Source of the DNA: Sarea resinae
Taxonomy: Eukaryota
Length of the DNA stretch: 64,000 bases
Reading direction: 5' to 3'
Assembly: GCA_026026165.1 (NCBI GenBank)
Contig: JAPEUD010000066.1
Coordinates: 62,001 to 126,000 of the forward strand
A model generated the notes under the pieces. The model had not been told where the DNA came from. It did not search any database and saw nothing but the letters and a program-made list of their open reading frames with translations. Position 1 is the stretch's first letter. Every line of letters starts with the position of its first letter. Positions 1 through 10,890 of this stretch are shown here, piece by piece. Made by a program: the position numbers and the translations under genes.

Positions 1-12
1 ACGTCCGACACA

Positions 13-847
13 ATGGCCGATGACGATCTCGCCGCCCTCGCGGCTCTCGAGAGCGAAGAGAGCGAGTTCAAGAAGGTAATCCAACCGCCTGACAACATCC
101 TTGATCTCAAGACTAATCCCCCATTGTGCCTCAGGATGCCGAAATAGACCGTAAGAAATGACCATGTCCCTCATGGGCATATCTCGCCAGACTAATAGTA
201 CTCTCCCGTACCAGGAATCCTCAAGGCCTTCAAACTCGATGCGTGAGCTTCCCTTGTCCAATCGTGCCTACCCCAGACCTTTCGCCCCTCCAGCTCCCCT
301 ACAATCTACTGACACCTCCACCAGCTACTCAGTCCTCGAACTCCAACCGGGCGTCCCCGAATCCGACATCAAAGCCACCTACCGCAAGAAATCGCTCCTC
401 ATCCATCCAGACAAAACGCGCAATCCCTCGGCGCCCGATGCCTTCGACCGGCTCAAAAAGGCCCAAACGGAACTGATGGATGAAGCGCACCGGACACGTC
501 TCGACGAAGCCATCGCCGACGCGCGCATGCTACTGATCCGAGAGCACAAATGGACAGTCGATTCACCGGAGCTGAAGACAGATGATTTTGCCAAGGAGTG
601 GAGGGAGAAGACGAAGGAGGTGCTGATTGATAACGAGATGCGCAGAAGAAAACAGTTGAAGGCGCAGATGCAGGAAGAAGGGAGGGCGCAGAAGAAAGAG
701 GACGAGGAGATTGAAGCGCGGAAGCGGAAGAGGGATCATGACGTCGCGTGGGAGGCGAGTCGGGAGCAACGGATTGGGAGCTGGAGAGACTTCCAGAGTG
801 GCGAGAAGAAAAAAAAGAAAGCGAAGAAGATGAAGCCAATTGGCTGA
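13..847 (+). CDS. DnaJ (J-domain) protein, DNAJC8/Spf31 type; exons 13-75, 135-150, 215-242, 325-847
   Basis: Spliced by eye: MADDDLAALAALESEESEFKK-DAEIDR-ILKAFKLDA-YSVLEL..., with the HPD motif (SLLIHPDK) and a basic C-terminus (WRDFQ...KKMKPIG). Three GT-AG introns have CTAAY/CTGAC branch sites and keep the frame. Confidence 0.92.
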
Positions 848-1726
848 TTCGGTTTTTCTGCTTTGCTCTACTTTCTTGATATAGGTCTTTAGCCTCCGCG
901 GAGCGGATGAGGGATATCATGTGCCTCTGCATACCTACAGCGTTACGGATGGGCGAAGTGAGGAGTTTGGCTGGCTTGCTCTCTTCCGTGGCTATTGCGA
1001 TCAGACGAATGATGCTAGAATTATTTCTTTTATTGAGAAAAGGTGATGATGTGCGCTACAGACCCCAGGATGAGGCATAGAACAATCCTCCGGCTATTTA
1101 TCATACCCAAGGCCATCCCGAGATCTGGATTTGGTGTCCAGCATCACTCGCTGCGCTCTAAATTCCTAATCAAATGCGTCTCTGTCTACTTCGCTGAGAG
1201 AGGGCATCGGTCGGTCCTGATGGGAAGTCTGAGATTGACATACTTTTGCATTGGCATTTAGATTAACTATCCCTTCCAACGCCGATATTGGGTATCGCCG
1301 CAGAACAAAGCTCAAAGGCTATTCACAGGCACGCAGACAAAGATGCTAATCCATGCTTGAATGCGAAAGTGAGAAGCATCAAACTGTGAGGCTGATAGCT
1401 TCGAAATCCAGAAATCGGTCAGACCTCATGTCACATGAACTCTAAATTCCAGTCCAGAGCACCCAAAGATAATTCCCGAATCAAGAGCCGACGGTGCCTG
1501 GCGCCTCCTGTCGCGTAGGTTTCAGACCAAATTTTACGTATCGGACACAAATAGCAGGATATCGAGGTCATCTCATTTTCGAATGTTTGGTCGCATCAGT
1601 AGACGAACGATCATCGGAGAATTTCCAGGGCGCATCAGGCGATAATGATTGCTGCAACGTTGCTCATGGTGTCCAATCAAATCGAAGCAAGGGCCTCTCG
1701 ACAATCTGCGTGGATGCGAGATCATC

Positions 1727-1757
1727 ATGCGATGCGATGCGATACGATACGATACGA
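1727..1757 (+). repeat. (GATRC)n pentanucleotide microsatellite
   Basis: atgc-gatgc-gatgc-gatac-gatac-gatac-ga. Confidence 0.75.
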
Positions 1758-2272
1758 CCTGGATCTTCTGTATACATATCTTCGTCTGCCGAGCGGTCAC
1801 TGACAGAGCAGAGCTGCTCTCTTGATGCTTCGCTCCTGCTTATTTGTTTTGACGACCTTTCTTCACTTCAAGACTTTATTTGGTTCTAGAGACGAGCGAC
1901 GGATCCCGCACATCTTGAGATCCGGGAACTGATGAGGTTATCAGCGACTCGTTCGGACAATCCTACCAGCAAAAACTCTGGACTCATGCGCAAATGAATC
2001 AGGTCGTCTGATTTTTTTGTGCCACGGCCGCCCACAAGCAGCACATCCTCCACTTAGTTGATATGGGGGATCTTCTGTTAGAGAGCGGGAAATGGTACTG
2101 AATTTGCTAGGTAGGAAAAATGACGACAAATGGACCAGTAACAGAGGTTCTGGGCCATGCAAGAGTGATACAGAACGTCACTTCGAGACCGCTGCGCGAT
2201 CCATCAAATCTTCCCTCGGTGAGTTGGCCTTGCTAATCTCTGGGACTCTTCAGTAAGGCCCTATTTGGCCCT

Positions 2273-4191
2273 TCATTCGATCATGTCTGAGATACTGAGA
2301 GGCTTTCTCTCCCCTGAATTCGTTTCGCTACATTCATCATCATCATCATCGGCCCCTCCTGGGCGAGCATCTGTTCTGGATCGGCGGTGACGGACAGCCG
2401 GCTCTTGACCCCCTTCTTCCCGCGTGATCAAGGGGATTCTTCGCCTTCCTCCACCGCCCACTCTTGAAAGATGCTCTGGATTGGGATTATATAGTGCTGA
2501 GCGGGTAAATGTTGCTGATTGCTGGCTGTAATGTTGCGGTCCAGAGCTGCTGGGACGTAGAATTCCTTGAGATGATGAGGTTGTCAATGGTTGGTGCGGC
2601 GGGCTCGGGGCATATCTTTGTCCCGTCGTCCTCGAAGACTTAGGACCTTGGGGCGATTGGATATACGATTGCCTGCTAGATTTCGCTAAGTCAACCCTGG
2701 GCCCGTGATAGGGGGGAGTCGTGCTGGGACATTGATTGTAGGAATCGCACCCTTGGAATTTTCCACTGCCATAATTTACCGGCGACATCGGTTGCCCACC
2801 ATCCATCCGCGCATCTCTTCTTCCCTGGGTCTGGAGTGGCACAGATGGGGAAGCTGGTTCGGACCACGAGCTCCGAGGCTTAATCGTCATCAGAACAAAA
2901 AGGACAGACATCCTTATTCTGGCTAAACTCAGATGCACGGTAAATTCTCGATGAACGTCTCTGCTTGACAGGAAAGTCAAGTTTTCAGTCCACTGCTGGG
3001 AGCCCGGAATAGCTTCCAGACTATTAATGTCATCCAAAGATTGGATTGCCCCGAATTCGTTTTCCTTGTAGATCGGGGGCAGATATGAGGGTTCTCTTGC
3101 CCTCCTTTCCTGTTGCAACGCTTTCTCGAGTCGGCGTACCTTTTCCTGGTCCTCCTTGATGACGGTTTCGGCCAGGTGAGACCCAAGGACCTCATTTGGA
3201 GGTTGCAGGACATCTATCAAGTGTTGGCTTGGCTTTGCAATCACGAAGTCCATGGTTAATAATACACTAGAGGGGCCCAGAAGGGAGTCCTCCTCGAGCT
3301 TAGTAACGACGAGCTGTTCACAAACAACTATCAAAGTTGTCTCGAAATCAGTCTGGGTTCGCAGCAGGGCAAGATGTGCGCGTGATAAGCTTACTTGGAG
3401 TCTCAGAGCTATCAGTTGATCCTGATCCGTGATCATACCCCTTGATAGGTAACGCTGGATCCGCCTCCTCTGCGGGAGCTTGCCGTCGGTCGGGTACCAT
3501 TTCGCCCGACCTTGAGTCAGAGGAGCTGCCTCCCCGAAGCCGCGGTCGTCCCCTTTTCTTGTGCTGGACATCAACGCAGGAAGCCTAGCCTCTCGTCAGT
3601 ACCGGTGCCTGCTTCATGGGAGGTGTAAAATCACTTCTTTACCCATAGAGCGACATCTTTGACACGGCCGCGTCATTTCGCATTTCAAATGTGCCTTTTT
3701 GCAATTGATGCATGCCGAAGGCACATGGGCCTCGACTTTTCGAGGTGGTTCTTGTAAAGACATGCCTTTGAACCTCGCAGCGGAAGGATGAACTCCGGAG
3801 GCTAATCGCGGACACACTTGTGACCCTTTTTGGATCTCGTCTGTTACACTGCCCGATTCCGATCGCGATGGTTGATTCTTCAGGATCCTACAACCGAAAG
3901 GCCCGGATATCTACGAGGACTTTTCGATTTCGGATGCTGTCGTGATTTTGATTGAAGTTGTCCTCGGAAACGTTGTCCGTCTCTCACCGCACGTATGCTG
4001 CGTTCGAAATCTTGCTTTTGAAGGTCGCTGACAAAAACGTCACAGGGAATAAGAAAGCCGCCGTGCTCATCATCCAAGTCTGGCAGGCTTCGAGCGCCTG
4101 GAGTGTCTGAATGTTCGGAGATGGGAGGTGAGGGATATCCACATGTCTGGATATAACCTTCACTCTGGACCTGGGACTGCTTGAGGTCCAT
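2273..4191 (-). CDS. Zn(II)2Cys6 fungal transcription factor; introns 3585-3634 and 3328-3394; 5' end uncertain (ATG 4191 or ATG 3763)
   Basis: After splicing: AHVPSACINCKKAHLKCEMTRPCQRCRSMGKE|ASCVDVQHKKRGRPRLR, which gives C-2-C-6-C-5-C-2-C-8-C spacing plus a basic linker. A phase-1 intron (GTAAGC...TAG) joins it to the 433-aa ORF frame ending at 2273. Confidence 0.85.
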
Positions 4192-4802
4192 AAGAGAGCG
4201 CCGGTCGTACACAATAAAGGCTCAGGACTCTCGAAGGCGGTCGAGTGTCTGAAGGTACAGTGAAGCTAGTGTGCAAGGCATGCGAAAGTTTCCATCGACT
4301 TGGGACAGGCTTACGAGGCGGCTCAGAAGAGCCGGTGGAGATAGAAAGGTATGCCAGCCACCGACCGCAGGGCTGGGGTTAGTTTTCCTTTTCTTGTCTC
4401 ACGCTTGGCGTTGGCCTTGAGTGTGATGAATTCGACAGACTTTGGAGAGGAAAGTGATGAAAAGCTGAGAAGTTGAGAAACCTGCTGGCGGTTAGATTCG
4501 GTGTGACTGCAGCCGAAAGGTCACAACTCTCAAGACATATAACGACGTGTCCCGTCGTGGACATGCAATGCAGGACGCCGGCGGGTGCTAGACGTTAACA
4601 TTCAGGGATGAATTTACCTTCAAGCCTCCACCGAAATAACAAATAACGAGCACGCCCGCCTTGTGTAATGGTGGCGGGGGTCCGGTCTGCTCAGACCTGC
4701 ATCGACCGATTTGATGGACGGACTCAGGCACTGACTGACTTCTGAGTCAGGCTCACAATTTGTTCCCTGCAGCCTCTTGGAGAGAGAGACTCGGTGGGCG
4801 TC

Positions 4803-4862
4803 GGGGAGAGAGAGGAAGGGAGAGAGGGAGGGAGAGAGGGAGGGAGGGAGGAACGAGAGAGA
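4803..4862 (+). repeat. Polypurine (GA/GGGA) tract
   Basis: Seen directly; an almost pure G/A stretch. Confidence 0.8.
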
Positions 4863-5192
4863 GGTGGAGATCTCAATGATGTGCACCGGCGGGTCGATCA
4901 AGGGATGGGAATCCGAAAGCGATTCAGATTGCAGTGGACTCGTCAGACCTGTGTGCCCTGCATGAACACTGGCCCAATGATATTTCATGACATTTTAATT
5001 CATGATCAAGACAGGCCCGGTCGAGGTAGGGTAGGTTTCGGGTGCATCGGCGGTACGAGATCTGGGAATCCCGGTATTGCAGTGGCCTGTGTGGCCTCAA
5101 TGATGGCTCAGGTCTAATACAGCAGAGAGGGACGGCGATACTAGTTGACTGACAGCTCTGGGGGCTAAACGGTGACGATGATCGGTATTGGA

Positions 5193-5236
5193 GGAAGAAC
5201 CGGAAGAAGAACAAGAAGAACAAGAAGAAGAAGAAA
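5193..5236 (+). repeat. Imperfect (GAA)n microsatellite
   Basis: Seen directly. Confidence 0.75.
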
Positions 5237-5495
5237 GATGACAATAAAGAATAATATCATCCATGGATGGGCGGCATTTGGTGGAATTGGGTTGGATGGA
5301 TGGCAATAAAGGACACGCCCACTTCGGCTAGAGGATATCCACAATACGCACTGCACCGGGCTCGAGCTTTGGCATGACGGAGAGATCATTGATTGATAGA
5401 GGTACGATACGGTACTTTGTCCTAGTGAGAGGAGAGCGGGCGGGATCCGTTGGTGACCTATCACCATCCATAGTGGCAGGTCGCCAGGATCATAG

Positions 5496-5828
5496 CTACC
5501 TACCTACCTACCTACCTACCTTACCTGACCTTACCTCACGACCTTCCCCTACCCTACTCCTACCCTACTCTTACCCTACTCCTACCCTACCCTAGGTACC
5601 CTACCTACCTACCTACCTCCCTACCTTAGTTGCATCCCATCTTTCTGGGCCCGAGTCTAGGAGCCATCGAGCCTCGAGCTAAAGATACCGAGAGCGGACC
5701 TACCTACCTTAGAGGACCTGACGGGAGCCCTGAAGGTCGCTGGAGAGCTTGGAGCATTCTAGGTTCGGTGAGGGAAGCTGGAGGTTAGTACCCAAGGTAG
5801 GTAAGGTGGGTAAGGTAAGGTAGGTAGG
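5496..5828. repeat. (TACC)n-rich tract 5496-5627 and complementary (GGTA)n-rich tract 5794-5828
   Basis: Low-complexity repeats seen directly. Confidence 0.8.
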
Positions 5829-8800
5829 CATTTCATCAGCTGGAGCTGGAGGGTAACTGGCTCCAGGCTGGCTGCCGAGGGAGACTCTCGCCTGCAGACG
5901 GGAGTATCCAGGTCAGGTAGGTTCGTTCTTTTCGTCCATGATCCATTCTTGACCTTCGTCTTCACTGTGCTCGTCCGTATTGCTTCGGGCCTGAGGCCTC
6001 TTATTGCCGTCGAGGCGCCGAAGGGAGAAGGGATCGGATATGGACAAGGAGAACGCCCCAGATAGGTGTGCACCCCGCGTCCCCGTCATGGAGATTAATC
6101 CTGGCCGACCGCGGTCACCGCAACATCCGTATGAATCCATTCAATTCGTCGCGATGGGTCCAAATGGCCAATCTCCATCGTCCTCGATCGAGCAGCAGTC
6201 GGGAAAAGTTGCAGCCGCCAGCAGTGCGGTGACCACACCGTGCAGTGAGTGACCGCGCGTAGACCTGACATGACCCAACTCTCGAGCGCTACCCTATTGT
6301 GTGCTGAGGTGGTTGCCTGAGTACTCCCGTGCTCCGCTCCTCGCGATCTTCTCTCTCGTGGAGATTATTATTGCCCGCCGATCCAATGGGATCCACGCCA
6401 GCGGAGACCACGGGAGGTTGTGCCAATCAGGCGACTGAATCCTGTCGAGAAACCCCCGCGTGTCCGCGATCGATGGAGTCCGGATCGGCGACGGCGCTTT
6501 CGACGCTGGAATCACCAACTCGTACTTACTTACACTACCTGGCCTACCTTGCCTTGCCTAACCTGCTTAGTGGGTACCACTACGAGTGAAGGTCGTCATG
6601 TACACGGAGTACCACTTGGAAGAGCGATAGAGTCGGGACCGTGTCTGTCAGCCGTTCGCAAAGGGGCAAGCAGGCTGATCCCCATGATGTCTGGATTCCA
6701 GACATTACAGACATGGGCGAAGTGGCGGGCAGTCACGCATGCAGGACAACAAAGAAGTTTATCGTTTTCTCCGTCGAGTTTCGCCGGCTGCACGGGTTGC
6801 CACGGCAGGATGAGACATGGTGTCAGAGTGACAGCTCAAGTCACAGGTCCTTCTCGAAGAGCGAAGGGCGAGGAGCGAGGAGCGGCAGCACTAGGTAAGG
6901 TACACCACCTTAACCTCCTTGGTCCAACGTAGTAGGTATCCATACGTCGTACCTCTGGCCTAGGTCCCCTCATCCATGAACACTCTATTCTCGAGTTCGT
7001 GGGCAGTCCGCAGTAGAGCAGGTACTGAGTAGTGAGTGGCCGTGGTTTCCCAGGCCTGTCTCGGGCAGGGACTTCAGACAGGGCAAGCCAAGCAACCTAA
7101 AACCATCGACGACGGTCTTGTCTCTGAGCCAGGTAAAGTAAACTGTCTTAGCCGCAGTGGCCTAAGCTGCTAACATGCCATGGATCCATCCTATCTCGCC
7201 TCTAGCACGGTTTACCCCAGACACGCGAGCAGAAGAGGCGTCTGGTCCCTTCGCTCGTTTCTCTGGCTCGTCTCGGGCTCTCGGGCTCTCGGGCTCGTCA
7301 GGGCGTGGATCATTGCAGCAGGCCAACCTCCAGGCTCGGATACGTACCTCACTAGGTGCTTGAAGCATGGATCCCAGCACCCGGTGCACATCCTTCTCCA
7401 AGATGAGGTGCAGAGAGATGGCCATCCGTCGCCGATGATGCTCGACTCAACTCCCCCTGATCCTGGCCGGTGGCAGTAAGGTAGCTCAGGTAGGTGGGGA
7501 CTACTTCGTACTCTACATGCCTCTCAGTCTCTTACAGAAACCACAGAGGCGTCTGATTGTCCTGCCACATGCCCCTCATGCTTCTGCACATGGTTCAAGC
7601 GGCATTGATCCATCTATATACGGAGCACTGTGCCCTGTGCCCTGTGCCCTGTGTCGGTCTGTGTCTTCTGTCAGTGACGGCTTTGATCTCACCCTGTGTC
7701 AGATCAAAAGGTACAGGCCGTGCGGGCTGGGCTAGTGTAGTTGTGCAGTGTCGGGATCATCGATCCTGCCCCCGAAAGCGGAATTTGTCATCCTCACTCA
7801 TCAATTCTAATCAGGTTCCTCTAAGGTAGGAGGTCGGCAATAAGCTGGTCGATGGTGGATTCTGGCGTCATTCCGCCCCTCATGGGGCCCCATCGTTCAC
7901 CCTCTTCCACTTACCTCGACCATCTTCCACTTCCAGTCCATCACCGATCTAGCCGAGTGGCTGCAGTGTGGGCTTGGCTACCTTACTGAGTCGCCCCCAC
8001 AAAGTTTAGTGACTTCGTACATGGCCTATCAGCCTACTCGGCAACAAGGCAGTAAGGTAGGCAAGTAGCTCGCTGCGATGCCCAATCAATCTCCAACGTT
8101 CTACTACCTTACGCCGTACCATACCTCGTGTAGAGGCTCCAGCTATCATTCCATTAGCAGTGGACAATTACTTTTTATGAGATTGAGGCTCGAGCCCTGG
8201 CTTGACTTAGAGTAGAGGTCGGACATTGTATGCCTACTTACTCCGTAAACGCGTGTTTGTACGTGTGGTTCCATAGCCTCTTAGTTGCCTCTTGGCCACT
8301 TTGCATTATTGCGCGTGCAAAGCTTCGGAATGAAATGCAAGACAGTTGATGCTTGCCCGCAGGAAGATTTATGTGCTCACCCACCGTATTGTCATGTTGT
8401 TCCCTTTGGGCCTTCGCGTACCAAGGCTACCGGTCTGTCATTCAGATGGAAATGACCTGTCATCTGAGATTGCGGCGTAGGTCAATCCCAAGCTTTCCGA
8501 GGAACTGCGGTAGTTTGGAGAGCTGGTCTTCCTGCTCAAACAAGTCATGATCCATGAGACACTTGGTTGGGGTTGACATTGAGGGACGCGGATCATCTTC
8601 GATCTCGTCTTCGGTGGCACTACTGGTCCAGCACTCGCAGAGTCACTTGATCGACAAGATTTCAGCATCGCAACTCACTCTGATGAGATGCTGCGTCGTC
8701 CCGTTGTAATCCAGCTCCCTGCGCGCACTGCTCGATCATGCAATGTGCCCTGCAAAAGGCTGCTTCATCTCGCAGGCTTGGCCCGAGGCGTGTGCACCAG

Positions 8801-10890
8801 AAGGCTTCTTGCCGTGAACCTCTCGGCCGCACGCCCGAGGACACTGGGGGAGGCATTGGCTTAGCCTTTTTCCGAACAATCGGATGCACGCATTGCAGTC
8901 GGAACATCCGGCATGCAACTATCCTCCAGCCGAGAACGTACAATTGGCCATGGCCGTACTAGTCAAGCCCTTTGGACGTCGAAGCTTCAATGACATGTAT
9001 GATGTGTGTGCTAAGAGACGATCAATATTTCGTTTCTCGCTTCTGACAGGGTCCAGACGCCCTGAGAGCCATGAAAGCCCTGTAAAACTGCCAGGGGACG
9101 CGCAAGACCAATTGATCAGGGCCAAAAAAAGACTGCCTTCGTTGTCCATTTTGTGCTCCGTGATGATCTTCAGCCGGAGCGGCACACGGGCGCCACCGAG
9201 ATAGGTTTCGCCAAGGATGTGAAGAGAGTTCTGCATCCTGCTCGATGCCGATCATTGACTGAGGCGCTATTCCCGGTGGAGGCAACTCTGTACCGGCTGT
9301 GTCACTGTACTCTACCTAGTAGGGAGTCGCGGGCTACGGGGATTCATGAATGGGCAACATTCAGATGGAGGAAGAGGGCGAGCGGCACTTGCGGCAGCAT
9401 GCCGGTGAGGTCAATGGATCTTCGGTTGCTCAGCAGTAGTAGAGCGCCAATTATTTCCTTAATTCGACTACTGCATCGCCCGTAACGCACGTACGCACCC
9501 CTGGCTGTGCCGATTCGAGGAGAGAGAATAATCCCGGATGGCGAGCATGCCGCTTATGCAACATCCTCGTGGCCATGACGACCGAAGATGAGATCCGATT
9601 CACGTATCAAGACCTGACGAGCGATTTTCCCAGATAGGCATCTGATAATGAAGGCTGTTATCAGAGCCTCAGGTAGAGAGTAAAGCTGATGCATGGACAG
9701 GGAAGGTGTCCCTTCACCTCATATGCCTCACTCTGCTTCAACTTGGGCCGTAGTCGCATATGATGGAGACAAAAAGGGTGGTTTTGGTTCGTTAGGTTAC
9801 CCAAATCGAGAACAGAACAGGACGCGAACATCGAAGCTCTATTACGGTCCTACAGTAAGAGTACTGTTCTGGGTGCCACGGCGATCGATGGTTTGCTAGC
9901 CCTACACCACCACTGGTATATCTATCGGAATAGGCTAATCAGAGCCTCATTGTTCCTGCTGTGCCATATCGGTACTTTCAGAGCTGCCGATTGTTCGAGT
10001 CGGGGTATTCTCCTCTTAATTTCGCTACCGCGCTGAGATCAGGGTTGGTGTTCTCATGTGTTCATTTTTCCCCCCCGAGTGGGCTGCTCGATATCGTGAT
10101 CACGGTCGTGTTCGTCCATGACAGCCGAACACACCTCGCTTTACCGGTCTGGTCATGACTGCACTGGACGGATGGGGAACGCGGTCCGGAAATTAACCCA
10201 CGGCCCTTGCAGGCCGCCGTCGCTTGCATCCATGGATGGATGGATGGATGCATCAATCTGCGAGTACGAATGACTCTAGACGGGTCCAGTCTCCAGAGCG
10301 GAAGCCTTCCCGCCCGGCGTCAACAAATATTGGAGAATCGGCGCTTGAGTCGGAGATAATAATAGTCGAACGCGCGCAGTATCACTAAGGGAGTACTGCG
10401 AGTACAACCACTCGAAGTCTTCCGAGATTATTGCTTTGCAAAGCATTGGCTAAGGCAAAGATAAGATAATGTCAGCAGAGGTAGGCCTAGTGCGGGTGCT
10501 AATATAGTTTAGTACCTAATTGTAAGGCGTACTGACGACGATGACGATGTTGGGGGGTGGAGCGGCACATTTCAAGGTCGAGTCCACCAAACGAGATTGC
10601 CATTGAAATTTTGTGGCGTTCGAGAAGCGGCCCTAATGTCAGGGTCCAGCCTCCGAACAGATGGATTATTAGAAATACTGAGCGAACACGAATCGAAAGT
10701 CTCCTACTATGTAGAGATCTCCCTCCGCGACTCCGTGACTCCGTGGGCTCGGGGTCAGGTCGCCAGCGGCCGCAACGGAGATTCAGAGAAGCACACTAGG
10801 TATGTAATGGAGATCGGATGTGAAGATCAATTGCAGTAAAACTCTATATTGGTATATTCCTAGAATTGTGTTACGTATAGATCTAGACTA

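Noticed and set aside
1043..1198. Possible C/D-box snoRNA (GTGATGA...CTGA)
   Set aside because: No terminal stem or recognisable rRNA guide; such boxes occur by chance.
3880..4030. In-frame TAG upstream of the zinc cluster as an A-to-I-edited premature stop
   Set aside because: No donor site links an upstream exon into that frame, so it cannot be supported from sequence.
6004..6932. Short ORFs in the gap, e.g. MDKENAP... with a KEN-like motif followed by GTGAGT
   Set aside because: No credible downstream exon or domain could be assembled.
7272..7652. Short tandem repeats (CTCGGGCT)x3 and (CTGTGCC)x3
   Set aside because: Ordinary slippage microsatellites with no spacer structure; not CRISPR-like.
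4300..10850. Telomerase RNA, tRNA, rRNA or riboswitch in the gene-free gap
   Set aside because: I saw no TAACCCTAA-type template, cloverleaf or TPP-aptamer signature by eye. A covariance-model search would be needed to exclude them.
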